Assembly: GCA_015067305.1 (NCBI GenBank) | Contig: SVMT01000001.1 | Span: 28,749-92,748, forward strand | Length of the DNA: 64,000 nt | Reading direction: 5' to 3' | Origin: Oscillospiraceae bacterium | Lineage (GTDB): Bacteria; Bacillota; Clostridia; Oscillospirales; UBA644 | Shown here: piece by piece, positions 10,147-19,285 of the stretch | Layout of the letters: each line of letters starts with the position of its first letter | How positions within the stretch are numbered: position 1 is the stretch's first letter | Made by a program: the position numbers and the translations under genes | The notes under the pieces: model-generated | Databases searched by the model: none | Told to the model about the DNA's origin: nothing | What the model saw: the letters and a program-made list of their open reading frames with translations, nothing else

Positions 10147-11211
10147 TTACTTGATTATTTTTCCGTTTTCAACTCTCATGACCTTATCCCCGACCCCATC
10201 GGGAACATCGCAGGAAGTAATAATTACCTGCTTGCCCTTGATACGGTTAGTTATGAAATCTTTTCTCTGTTCGTCCAGCTCGGAAAGCACATCATCGAAA
10301 AGCAAAAGAGGATATTCTCCGTGAGCTTCTTCGATCATATCAGCCTCAGCCAATTTCAGACAAAGAACTATTGACCGTTGCTGACCCTGGGACGCAAAAC
10401 GTCTTGAGCTATTACCGTTTATAAAAAGATCAAAGTCGTCCTTATGTGCTCCTATCTGTGAGTAACCTGAATGTATCTCTTCACTTTTCAGCTTACAGAT
10501 TTTTTCAAAAAGCTCGTATTCGTCATTGGTCTCGCCACTGACCGTATATTCAGCCGTCAGAGTTTCAGTATCTCCTGAAATTTCCGCAAGATATTTCAGC
10601 GCATTTCCCGTGAGTTTTTCACAATATGTCCGCCTCGTATTACTTATTATTGAAGAAAGTTTTGCCTGACGGGCGTTCCATATTTCAAGAGTATCAATAT
10701 TTGCACCGTCTGCATTTTTCAACAGATGGTTTTTTTGCGCCAATACACGGTTATATTCGGATAAAACTTCATAATATCTCGGTTTTATCTGACTTATGGA
10801 CATATCAAGAAATTTTCTCCGCACATCGGGACCGCTTTTTATAAGGGAGAGCTGTTCGGGGAAAAACAAAACAGCAGGAAATTTACCCAGCATTTCGCCT
10901 TGTTTGACTTTGATCCCATTTATGTGTATCTGCTTTGTTTTTGTATCAAAAAACCGAAGCTCTGCCTCATAATCACGTCCGTTTCTTGAAAAAACTCCTG
11001 TTACAGAAGCTGAATCACAGCCGTTGCGGATAAATTCCTTTTCATTCGGGGTCCTGAAACTACGACCTGACGTAAAAAGCCACACAGATTCCATTAAATT
11101 AGTCTTTCCTTGGGCATTTTTACCGGAAATTATATTAGAACCCTCACAAAACTCTACTTTTTCCGAAGTAAAATTTCTGTAATCGCGAAGTGCGATGGAT
11201 TTAAGGATCAT
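10147..11211 (-). CDS. recF: DNA replication and repair protein RecF
   Basis: 354-aa ORF with Walker A GKNAQGKTNLMES and signature SQGQQRS...LLLFDDV. It overlaps the dnaN stop. Confidence 0.93.
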   Translation of the reverse strand: MILKSIALRDYRNFTSEKVEFCEGSNIISGKNAQGKTNLMESVWLFTSGRSFRTPNEKEFIRNGCDSASVTGVFSRNGRDYEAELRFFDTKTKQIHINGIKVKQGEMLGKFPAVLFFPEQLSLIKSGPDVRRKFLDMSISQIKPRYYEVLSEYNRVLAQKNHLLKNADGANIDTLEIWNARQAKLSSIISNTRRTYCEKLTGNALKYLAEISGDTETLTAEYTVSGETNDEYELFEKICKLKSEEIHSGYSQIGAHKDDFDLFINGNSSRRFASQGQQRSIVLCLKLAEADMIEEAHGEYPLLLFDDVLSELDEQRKDFITNRIKGKQVIITSCDVPDGVGDKVMRVENGKIIK

Positions 11212-11213
11212 TT

Positions 11214-12344
11214 TTATCTGTTGTCGTTAAGACGCATGGGTGAAACGAGGAAAACGTATCCGTCACCATTTACGGGAAGAACGCAAAGTGAAGAAAGTGC
11301 GGAATTGAAATTCAACGTAACCTCTTCATCCTCGCAAGCGGAAATTGTTTCAATAAGAATTCTGTTATTGAAACCTATCTCAAGAGGCATACCGTCTGTT
11401 TTGACCTTCATTTCATCTATAAAGCTCTGACCCTGTTCATTTTTGCAAGAAACAATGATCTTTTCTTCTTCAATGGAAAGTCTGATGGGAGTTTTGAGCT
11501 TGCCGTTATCGATGATAATAACAGATGCTCTTTCGATGAGTCTGCGGAAATCCGCGGGCTTGACTTTGACTGTGGTCTTGAATTCCTTGGGAAGGAAACC
11601 TTTATAGTTAAGAAACTGACCGTCAAGAAGTCTGGAGATTATCTTGCATTTATCCGTTTCAAAAACGATATGTTTGGAAGAAAGGCAAAGTCTGACTTCA
11701 TCATCTGTGTCATCAAGGATCTTGATAATTTCGTTAAGAAATTTACCGGGAACGATAAATGAGAATGGATCGCCGTCTCTTTCATAGGGTTCGACCCTGC
11801 GTGCCATTTTCATTCTGTTTGTACATGTAACTGAAACATGATTATCTTCAAATTCAAAGTAAGCACCTGTCAGAGTACCGATGGGGTCTGCGATAGCCAC
11901 AGCGTAGAGTGTCTGACGGAGCATCTTTTTCAGCGTATTGCATGAGAAAGTGAAAGATTTTTCGGAGATGACTGCAGGAAGATTTGGGAAGAGGTTTGCT
12001 TCAGTACATCTGAGAGTAAAATTTGTGGAACCGCCGCTAATGCTGAGATTAAGTCCCGAAGTTTCTATACATGAGATCTCAGGCTCGTCGATGCTTCTCA
12101 CTATTTCAGTGAAAGTCTTGGCGTTGACAACGAGGCTGCCGGGTTTGATTACCGTACAGGGAATATTTATTTCGATACCTGCTTCAGTGTCGAAGCTGGT
12201 GATCTTAGCATTACCCTGACCTTCTATCTCTTTTATCTCAAGAAGGAAACCCTCAAGAGCTGCGATCGGTGTCTTTTGCGGAACGAATTTAGCCGCAGCT
12301 CCGCAAGCGTCGAGGAGAATCCCTCTGTCACAAATGAAATTCAT
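11214..12344 (-). CDS. dnaN: DNA polymerase III beta sliding clamp
   Basis: The ORF track extends to 12506. I place the start at ATG 12344 (AAGGAG upstream), giving MNFICDRGILLDA... (376 aa). Three-domain clamp length; position between dnaA and recF. Confidence 0.92.
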   Translation of the reverse strand: MNFICDRGILLDACGAAAKFVPQKTPIAALEGFLLEIKEIEGQGNAKITSFDTEAGIEINIPCTVIKPGSLVVNAKTFTEIVRSIDEPEISCIETSGLNLSISGGSTNFTLRCTEANLFPNLPAVISEKSFTFSCNTLKKMLRQTLYAVAIADPIGTLTGAYFEFEDNHVSVTCTNRMKMARRVEPYERDGDPFSFIVPGKFLNEIIKILDDTDDEVRLCLSSKHIVFETDKCKIISRLLDGQFLNYKGFLPKEFKTTVKVKPADFRRLIERASVIIIDNGKLKTPIRLSIEEEKIIVSCKNEQGQSFIDEMKVKTDGMPLEIGFNNRILIETISACEDEEVTLNFNSALSSLCVLPVNGDGYVFLVSPMRLNDNR

Positions 12345-12470
12345 AATTTGTCTCCTTTTATTTATTGGTGTGTTAGGTGTTCCCAAACCCTTTCCAAAAA
12401 AACTTTTAGACTTGGGTTCAAAAATATCTCTATTCTTACTCTGAAAATATTTAGAATTACTAAATCTCAA

Positions 12471-12500
12471 TCCTGCACTCTGCATTTTGCATCCTGCATT
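12471..12500. repeat. TGCA heptad array upstream of dnaN
   Basis: TCCTGCA CTCTGCA TTTTGCA TCCTGCA. The 26-mer 12475-12500 is identical to 18138-18163. Confidence 0.85.
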
Positions 12501-12554
12501 ATACAAATTGTATGTATAATAAAATTTAGTAGTAATAGTAGGCCCTGTGCAAAT

Positions 12555-12677
12555 TGTGGAAAACTCAAATTATTCCCATAGCTTCAATATTTTTCCGCAT
12601 TTTTGAAATTTGAAACCTCTCTCAAATTCCTTGGATAAAAATTGGAAAACTTTTTTCCTGTGGATAAATGTGGAAAC
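12555..12677. promoter_or_regulatory. DnaA-box cluster (oriC-type, dnaN-proximal)
   Basis: TGTGGATAA 12659-12667 is the perfect complement of TTATCCACA. Also TGTGGAAAA 12555-12563, TGTGGAAAC 12669-12677, CTTGGATAA 12630-12638 and TTTTCCGCA 12592-12600. AT-rich DNA follows. Confidence 0.7.
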
Positions 12678-12746
12678 CTGTGTTTGAAACTGTTTATAAG
12701 TCCCTGTTTATATTGTTAATTTGTGTTGATGATTTTGGGGAAATCT

Positions 12747-12806
12747 TGGAAAAACCATTTTTTGTAAAAATAGGTTTTTCCAAACCTTTTCCAAAAAAAC
12801 TTTTAG
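12747..12806. repeat. R1 REP-like hairpin element
   Basis: TGGAAAAACCATTTTTTGTAAAAATAGGTTTTTCCAAACCTTTTCCAAAAAAACTTTTAG. Confidence 0.85.
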
Positions 12807-13019
12807 CGAGCATAGCTCAGAATGATAATTAAAAATATGATAAGCTACCGCTAATAGTGTATCTATTTTTTCCTTTTGGGATATGTAACGAATGTTACGT
12901 ATCCCTCTTGCTTTTCTTTTTGATGGGGTCTTTGATGGGGTCTGGGGAAACTTTTTCTAAAGTATGCAGAGCATATTTGTTCACCCGAAAAGAAAAAGTT
13001 TCCTCAGGAATTCTTGATA

Positions 13020-14759
13020 CTATTTAAGTACCGCCAGTCCGCCAACGGGTATATTGATAGATACAATTTCGTTCTGTGCGTTCACAAGACCCTGTTCTCC
13101 GACTTTTTCGCCGCAGCAATTCAATATTTCAATATTATAGCTGCCCGTGAGTTCACAAACGACTCTGTCGCTTGTTGTGCCGTTTACGATGTAAGCTGTT
13201 TTTCTTGTTTCAGGTCTGATTATCTTATCTTCAGCATAAACAACAGCGATACTTTCGTTTCCTTTTACAGATTCTGCCCATGTATAGTTGAGATGCATAT
13301 CGTATGCTCTCAGATCACCCTCAAGAAGCAGATCTTTCTTTTCTTTCATGAAATTGAGCCAGAATTTGCTCATTTTCTTTGTTCTGTCGTTAAGTGAATC
13401 CAATCTTGCAGAATACTGCATAACAGCAAAAAGTATACCGATTATCTGCAATGCGTCTTTTTCAGCGGACTCGTCCTTATGCCACATAAGCATATCCGAA
13501 TGTACTGCGCTGTTACCCATGAGCATTCTCAGGTCAAGGGAACACATGCGGTTTTCGATATAATCGCAGGGGCAGTCACCGACTCTGAACATATTACCGA
13601 ATCTTCTCATATGGGGACCGATGTAGCTCTGTCTGAATTCAATGAGAATATCGGGTTTAATTTCTCTCAGAGATGTAATAACGCTTGTCATGAATACATC
13701 CACAGCATCCTGCAGGGACGGAATATCCATTTTTTCGTTATAAGGAGCATTTTCGTCGGAATCCCACCATGAGTCGATAAAGTCAAGCTTGAATCCGTCA
13801 AGATCCCATTCTGTAAGCGCTTTCTTATATTTCTCAATAAGGTAGTCTCTTACTTCTTTATATCTTGGGTCAAGTACAAATTCATTTGCTCTGTGGTTTT
13901 GTCTCAGGAACATATCCTTAAAAATATCATAACTCTTTGAGAAACGTCCTACAAAAGGAACGCTGTACCAAAGAATATATTTCATTCCTATGTCGTGTAC
14001 ACGTTTGACGTGAGCTGCCATATCGGGGAATTTTTCGGGACAGGGTTCCCAGTCTCCGCAATAAGCATAGCCTCTTCCGTTGTCGGAAGTCTGCCAGCCG
14101 TCGTCAACGATACAAACATCAAAGCCCAGATCTTTAGCTCTCTTACATTCTTCTTCGACATTTTTTTCGTTTACGCCCTGATGGAATGAGTACCAGAAAG
14201 AATAACAGGGTTCTTTTGCCGCAGCCGGAACGTAAGTGGGAGTGATTCCCAGGCTTTCCCACCACTGAGATACTGCTTTCAGAGCCTCATAAGTGGGAAT
14301 TTCTCTCATATCAAGTCTTATGGTGATCTCTGTTTCGTATTTGTTTGTGAACTGCTGAGTTCCCATGGAAACTTTAAACTGAAGGTTTCCGTTTTCTTCA
14401 ACTATACCGTTTCTGATTCTTGTAAGCATTTTCGCTTCGGAAAGCGCCATTGTGCATTTGTTTACGCCCTGACCGTCATAGTATGAATGAACGGGTGAGC
14501 CGTTTGAGATCATATGGCTTACAGGTCCGCACCAGTCGGGGTCGATATAATGTGCTGTTCTGCATTTGGGCTGCCAGCCGTACATTATGCCTGTAAGAGG
14601 AAGGTTCCATTCAAAAACGAATTCATCGTTATTTTTCGCATTTTCTTTTGTCCATGTCAGTTTAAAGGTATATTCTTTTATACCGTTTTCATCTTTTTTA
14701 TTTATAAGAGCCGCATTTTGTCCCTCTTGGAACTTTATATCAAAAAATTCAATATTCAT
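13020..14759 (-). CDS. GH36/GH27-clan (alpha-galactosidase-like) glycoside hydrolase, paralog b
   Basis: 579-aa ORF with CIVDDGWQ, GDWEP...KFPD and FKLDFID (melibiase-type TIM-barrel motifs). Strong RBS GGAGG. Confidence 0.65.
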   Translation of the reverse strand: MNIEFFDIKFQEGQNAALINKKDENGIKEYTFKLTWTKENAKNNDEFVFEWNLPLTGIMYGWQPKCRTAHYIDPDWCGPVSHMISNGSPVHSYYDGQGVNKCTMALSEAKMLTRIRNGIVEENGNLQFKVSMGTQQFTNKYETEITIRLDMREIPTYEALKAVSQWWESLGITPTYVPAAAKEPCYSFWYSFHQGVNEKNVEEECKRAKDLGFDVCIVDDGWQTSDNGRGYAYCGDWEPCPEKFPDMAAHVKRVHDIGMKYILWYSVPFVGRFSKSYDIFKDMFLRQNHRANEFVLDPRYKEVRDYLIEKYKKALTEWDLDGFKLDFIDSWWDSDENAPYNEKMDIPSLQDAVDVFMTSVITSLREIKPDILIEFRQSYIGPHMRRFGNMFRVGDCPCDYIENRMCSLDLRMLMGNSAVHSDMLMWHKDESAEKDALQIIGILFAVMQYSARLDSLNDRTKKMSKFWLNFMKEKKDLLLEGDLRAYDMHLNYTWAESVKGNESIAVVYAEDKIIRPETRKTAYIVNGTTSDRVVCELTGSYNIEILNCCGEKVGEQGLVNAQNEIVSINIPVGGLAVLK

Positions 14760-14781
14760 ATATGTTTCCTCCGTAAAAAGG

Positions 14782-14857
14782 TTTTAGGTTACAGGTGTTA
14801 GGTATTAGTTTCTGGGTTTTAGGTTACAAGTAATAAGTATTCACTAACACCTATAAC
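14782..14857. repeat. inverted heptad arrays between the GH36-like paralogs
   Basis: TTTTAGG TTACAGG TGTTAGG TATTAGT TTCTGGG TTTTAGG TTACAAG TAATAAG, then CTAACAC CTATAAC in the opposite sense. Confidence 0.85.
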
Positions 14858-14867
14858 CTACTGAAGC

Positions 14868-16616
14868 TTACAGCTTCAGTATCGCCAGTCCCCCGACAGG
14901 TACATAAATCTTTATGATTTCATTTTCAGCATTTTTAACTGTCTGTTCTCCGACCTTTTCGCCGCAGCAATCAAAAATCTCAATATTATAACTACCGTTC
15001 AATTCACAGAGAACTCTGTCACATGTTGTTCCGTTAGCTATATAAGTAGTTTTTCTTGTTTCGGGCTTTATACATTTATCAACTGCATAAACAGCAGAAA
15101 AAGCCTCATCGCCTTTTATGGATTCTGCCCATGTGTATGTCAGATTGGGTTCATATGTTCTGAGCTCACCCTCAAGGAGAAGATCTTTCTTTTCCTTCAT
15201 AAAGTCGAGCCAGAATTTACTCATTTTCTTCGTTCTGTCATTGAGCGAATCCAATTTAGAGGAATACTGCATAACGCCGAAAATTATGCCGATTATCTGC
15301 AAAGCATTTTGTTCTGCGCTTTCATCCTTATGCCACATGAGCATATCGGAATGTACCGCACTCTTGCCCATAAGCATTCTCAGGTCAAGAAGTGCCATAC
15401 GGTTTTCTATATAGTCACATGGACAGTCGCTTACACGGAACATATTACCGAATTTTCTCATATGGGGACCGATATAATTCTGTCTGAATTCAATAAGTAT
15501 ATCGGATTTTATTTCTTTCAGCGCCTTGATTATATTTGTCATGAACACATCAACTGCGTCCTGCAAAGAGGGGATATCCATTTTTTCGTTATAAGGTGCA
15601 TTATCGGGACGGTCTTCCCAGTTGTCTATGAAATCAAGCTTGAATCCGTCAAGATCCCATTCTTTAAGTGCTTTGACGCATTTATTTGTGAGATGTTCCC
15701 TTACTTCTTTATATCTTGGGTCAAGAATAAATTCTTTTCCGTTGTGATTATCTCTCTGTCTCAGAGTCATGTCTTTAAATATCTCATAACTCTTGGAGTA
15801 ATATCCCAAGAACGGAGTACCGTACCAAAGAATATATTTCATGCCGATGTCATGTACACGTTTTACGTGAGCTGCCATATCGGAAAATTTATCAGGGCTG
15901 GGATCCCAGTCTCCGCAATAGGCATAGCCGTATTTATTTCTTTCATTCTGCCAGCCATCATCAACGATACAAACATTGAATCCCAACTCTTTTGCACGTT
16001 TACATTCTTCTTCAACGTCTTTTTCGTTTATATCCTGGTGATGAGAATACCAGAAAGAATAACAAGGCTCTTTAGCCGCCGCGGGAACAAAAGCAGGTTC
16101 CATACCAAGACTTACCCACCATTCGGTAACAGAATTTACCGCTTCATATACGGGAATGCTTCTTTCGTCGATCCTTACTGTTATTTCCGTTTCATATTTT
16201 TTCGTATATTGCTGTGTACCGAGGGAAAATTTCAGTTGGAGATCTCCGTTACTTTCATTCACTCCGTTTTGAATGCTTGTCAGCATTTTAGCTTCGGAAA
16301 GAGCAACGGTATATTTATTTTTTCCATGACCGTCATAATATGTACCCATAGGCGCACCGTTGGAAAACATATGGTTTACAGCACCGTCCCAACTGCGGAG
16401 GATATCACGGCGCATACTGCATTTAGGATTCCAACCGTACATCATTCCGATAAGGGGTGTACTCCAACAGAAAACAAATTTATCGTTGTTTTCAGCATTT
16501 TTCTCTGTCCATGTCAGCCTGAAAGTATATTCTGTAATTCCGTTTTCGGCTTTTTTATCTATAAGAACCACATTTTGTCCGTCTTTTACGGTAATATTAA
16601 AAATTTCTATGTTCAT
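14868..16616 (-). CDS. GH36/GH27-clan (alpha-galactosidase-like) glycoside hydrolase, paralog a
   Basis: Alignable along its full length with 13020-14759. About two-thirds identical over the first 66 residues by hand count. Start set at ATG 16616 (MNIEIFNI..., matching the paralog); the ORF track extends to 16637. Confidence 0.65.
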   Translation of the reverse strand: MNIEIFNITVKDGQNVVLIDKKAENGITEYTFRLTWTEKNAENNDKFVFCWSTPLIGMMYGWNPKCSMRRDILRSWDGAVNHMFSNGAPMGTYYDGHGKNKYTVALSEAKMLTSIQNGVNESNGDLQLKFSLGTQQYTKKYETEITVRIDERSIPVYEAVNSVTEWWVSLGMEPAFVPAAAKEPCYSFWYSHHQDINEKDVEEECKRAKELGFNVCIVDDGWQNERNKYGYAYCGDWDPSPDKFSDMAAHVKRVHDIGMKYILWYGTPFLGYYSKSYEIFKDMTLRQRDNHNGKEFILDPRYKEVREHLTNKCVKALKEWDLDGFKLDFIDNWEDRPDNAPYNEKMDIPSLQDAVDVFMTNIIKALKEIKSDILIEFRQNYIGPHMRKFGNMFRVSDCPCDYIENRMALLDLRMLMGKSAVHSDMLMWHKDESAEQNALQIIGIIFGVMQYSSKLDSLNDRTKKMSKFWLDFMKEKKDLLLEGELRTYEPNLTYTWAESIKGDEAFSAVYAVDKCIKPETRKTTYIANGTTCDRVLCELNGSYNIEIFDCCGEKVGEQTVKNAENEIIKIYVPVGGLAILKL

Positions 16617-16648
16617 GTATGATTCTTCACTCTGCATTTTGCATTAAT

Positions 16649-18001
16649 TTAGTGTTCTTTTACATTCTTGATTATCTGCTGAACTCTGTCCTTGAATACA
16701 GGATTTGTTGCGAGTTTCTGTTCGATCTTCTTAATGGAATGGTGAACGGTGGAGTGATCTTTACCGTTGAATTCCTGACCGATCTCAGGTAGAGACATAT
16801 CTGTAATATCACGCATGATATACATTGCGATCTGTCTTGCAAATGCTACGGATTCAATACGTTTGTTACCCTTGATCTCGTCTGCGGGAACATCAAATTC
16901 ACGGCTTACTTCCACGATGATCTTGTCGATTATTACGGGAAGAGGTTCGTTTTCGTTGACGATATCCCTGATAGCACTCTGCGCAATGGCAATAGAAGGA
17001 GGCATATTTGAAACAAGCTGGAACGCCATGATCTTTGTGATAACGCCTTCAAGCTGTCTGATATTGTTTTTGATCTTCATTGCCACGAAGTCGATAACAT
17101 CGTTGGGTAATGTGATACCGTAAGTCTGCGCTTTCATTTTTATGATCGCAACTTTCAGTTCGTATTCGGGCATATAAATATCCGTAATGATACCCGATTC
17201 AAAACGTGAACGTAAACGTGATTCAAGCAGGGGAATATCCTTCGGAGGACGGTCCGATGCAAGGATTATCTGTTTGTTATCCTCGTAAAGAGCGTTGAAA
17301 GTGTGGAAAAATTCATCCTGAGTTGAATCTTTACCTGCAATAAACTGAATATCATCCACAAGAAGAACATCAACGGTCCTGTATTTGTTTTTGAATTCAG
17401 TCATGTTCTTGTTCTGGAGGTGGTCGATTAGGTCATTTGTAAATTCTTCGCCCTTGATATATAGAACCTTGTAAGAGGGGAAATTTTTATGTACTTCCGT
17501 GCTGATAGCTTTCAGTAAGTGAGTTTTACCGAGACCTGTATTACCGTAAATGAAAAGAGGGTTGTAAGAACGTGCTGGACTTCTTGCAACGGAAAGGCAC
17601 GCCGCATGAGCATGTTTGTTGGATTCGCCCACGATGAAGTTATCGAAAGTATATTCTGACGGTTTCTGCTCCACCATGTTGTTCATGTTATCCTCAACAT
17701 GAGTTTGGATATTTGAAGCCTTCGATTTTGGTATTTCCTGCTTGTCCTCAGAAGAGAGAACGCTTATATCCACATCAAAACCGACCATTTCCGAAAGAGT
17801 ATCTTTCAGAATACCTCTGTATTTTGACATAATGATATCCTTATGGAAAGGTGAATGAACGGCTAGCACAAAACAGTTATCCTCGTAACGAATGGGCGTA
17901 ATTGTTCTGATCCAAAGATTCATTGCCGTACCGCTTATCTGCCCGTCAAGTTTGTCTACAGCCATCTGCCAGATGGAATTAAGTGATTGCACTAAAAACA
18001 C
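16649..18001 (-). CDS. dnaA: chromosomal replication initiator DnaA
   Basis: 450-aa ORF with AAA+ motif GNTGLGKTHLLKAI and C-terminal DNA-binding GQEFNGKDHSTVHHSIKKIE. The likely true start is GTG 17992 (AAAGGAAG 8 nt upstream). Confidence 0.95.
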   Translation of the reverse strand: MFLVQSLNSIWQMAVDKLDGQISGTAMNLWIRTITPIRYEDNCFVLAVHSPFHKDIIMSKYRGILKDTLSEMVGFDVDISVLSSEDKQEIPKSKASNIQTHVEDNMNNMVEQKPSEYTFDNFIVGESNKHAHAACLSVARSPARSYNPLFIYGNTGLGKTHLLKAISTEVHKNFPSYKVLYIKGEEFTNDLIDHLQNKNMTEFKNKYRTVDVLLVDDIQFIAGKDSTQDEFFHTFNALYEDNKQIILASDRPPKDIPLLESRLRSRFESGIITDIYMPEYELKVAIIKMKAQTYGITLPNDVIDFVAMKIKNNIRQLEGVITKIMAFQLVSNMPPSIAIAQSAIRDIVNENEPLPVIIDKIIVEVSREFDVPADEIKGNKRIESVAFARQIAMYIMRDITDMSLPEIGQEFNGKDHSTVHHSIKKIEQKLATNPVFKDRVQQIIKNVKEH

Positions 18002-18133
18002 TTCCTTTCTTAATAATGCAAAGTGTAAAAAAATGTACTATGCCTAAACCCTATTAAACCTTAATAAAAAATACTCAAAAGCTACCGCAATTTCCTTTTT
18101 GCGTTAGCCATGTAAAATATATTAAACTTACAA

Positions 18134-18163
18134 TTCCGCACTCTGCATTTTGCATCCTGCATT
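18134..18163. repeat. TGCA heptad array upstream of dnaA
   Basis: TTCCGCA CTCTGCA TTTTGCA TCCTGCA. Shares a 26-mer with 12475-12500 and a 17-mer with 16628-16644. Confidence 0.85.
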
Positions 18164-18188
18164 TTTATAAGTATATAACCACTTATAT

Positions 18189-18217
18189 ATTATAGCACAA
18201 AACATCAAAATAATCAA
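18189..18217 (-). promoter_or_regulatory. candidate dnaA promoter (extended -10)
   Basis: Minus strand reads TTGATT, 17 nt, TATAAT with TGTGC immediately upstream of the -10. Confidence 0.5.
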
Positions 18218-18268
18218 TACAAAATCTCTAACTTCTGCGAGATTTAAGAAAAAATTCCTATTCGGTAC

Positions 18269-18297
18269 TTGACATTTGAGGGTATTTTAGATATAAT
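18269..18297 (+). promoter_or_regulatory. rpmH promoter
   Basis: TTGACA 18269-18274, 17-nt spacer, TATAAT 18292-18297. Confidence 0.7.
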
Positions 18298-18340
18298 AAA
18301 AAAAGAGCGCACTTACAAACGCATAAGGAGGTTTATTTCG

Positions 18341-18475
18341 ATGGTCAGAACATATCAGCCCAAAAAGAGACAGAGAAGCAAAGTTCACGGCTTCCGTAAG
18401 AGAATGAAGACAGCTAACGGAAGAAAGGTTTTGGCGAGAAGACGCGCAAGAGGCAGAAAGCAGCTTTCTCTCTAA
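18341..18475 (+). CDS. rpmH: 50S ribosomal protein L34
   Basis: [44 protein letters not shown] with AAGGAGG upstream. The ORF-track start at 18269 is an upstream extension. Confidence 0.95.
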   Translation: MVRTYQPKKRQRSKVHGFRKRMKTANGRKVLARRRARGRKQLSL

Positions 18476-18610
18476 TCTCTAACCCCTCGGAACAAGGAAT
18501 TATTAAAAAAATTATTACGGCAGGCGTTGACTTTTTAAGAAAAGGAGTCAACTCTGTCGTATGTTCCATGGATCCGATTTTAAAAAATTAACTAACCGAG
18601 TAATGCTGTT

Positions 18611-18979
18611 ATGAAGAATACGGAAACTATTACCGAAAACAAAATATTCACCAGACTCTACGGTAAGGGTAGAACTGCTGTAAGCGGCTCCGCAGTCGTA
18701 TATTACAGACAGAACAACCTGCACAAAAACCGTCTGGGACTCACAAGCACGAAAAAAATAGGGTGCGCTGTAAAAAGAAATCGTGCAAGGAGAGTCATCA
18801 GGGAGGCTTACAGGCTTCTGGAGGACAGACTTAAGGTGGGGTATGATATCGTTATCGTCGCCCGCACAAAAGCCACATCGGTGACCATGTTCGCGGTGAA
18901 AAGCGATCTTGAACGAGCTTTCAGGACTGCAGGACTTATTAGAGTTTCCGAAAACGACAGTACTGACACTGCGGAGTAA
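18611..18979 (+). CDS. rnpA: ribonuclease P protein component
   Basis: 122-aa basic ORF with [27 protein letters not shown] (RNR motif). Position after rpmH. Confidence 0.9.
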   Translation: MKNTETITENKIFTRLYGKGRTAVSGSAVVYYRQNNLHKNRLGLTSTKKIGCAVKRNRARRVIREAYRLLEDRLKVGYDIVIVARTKATSVTMFAVKSDLERAFRTAGLIRVSENDSTDTAE

Positions 18980-18995
18980 TCCGTCCGCTGTTAAA

Positions 18996-19253
18996 ATGCA
19001 GAAGATATTTGTTAAAATAATCGAGTTCTACAGGAAACACATATCACCGTACAAGCCTCCATGCTGCAGGTTTGTTCCGACATGTTCGGAATATGCGCTG
19101 CAAGCTCTTGAAAAGCACGGTCTTTTCAAAGGACTGTTATTGTCTGCATGGAGGATATTACGCTGCAATCCCCTGAGTAAGGGAGGTTACGACCCCGTTC
19201 CGGAAAAGAGTGTCAATTTACTCAAAAGCAGAAAAATGAACGGGAAAAAATAA
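18996..19253 (+). CDS. yidD: membrane protein insertion efficiency factor YidD
   Basis: From ATG 18996: ...[31 protein letters not shown]...[17 protein letters not shown]. Confidence 0.9.
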   Translation: MQKIFVKIIEFYRKHISPYKPPCCRFVPTCSEYALQALEKHGLFKGLLLSAWRILRCNPLSKGGYDPVPEKSVNLLKSRKMNGKK

Positions 19254-19285
19254 ATTGTACTGAATAAGGAGAGTATTTCGGCGAG

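Noticed and set aside
12345-12506. N-terminal 54-codon extension of dnaN in the ORF track
   Set aside because: The extension runs through R1/heptad repeat sequence and lacks an RBS. ATG 12344 has AAGGAG upstream and gives a standard-length clamp.
15309-16622. 437-aa plus-strand ORF
   Set aside because: It is antisense to GH36-like paralog a. An equivalent shadow ORF is fragmented in the paralogous gene, so it is not conserved.
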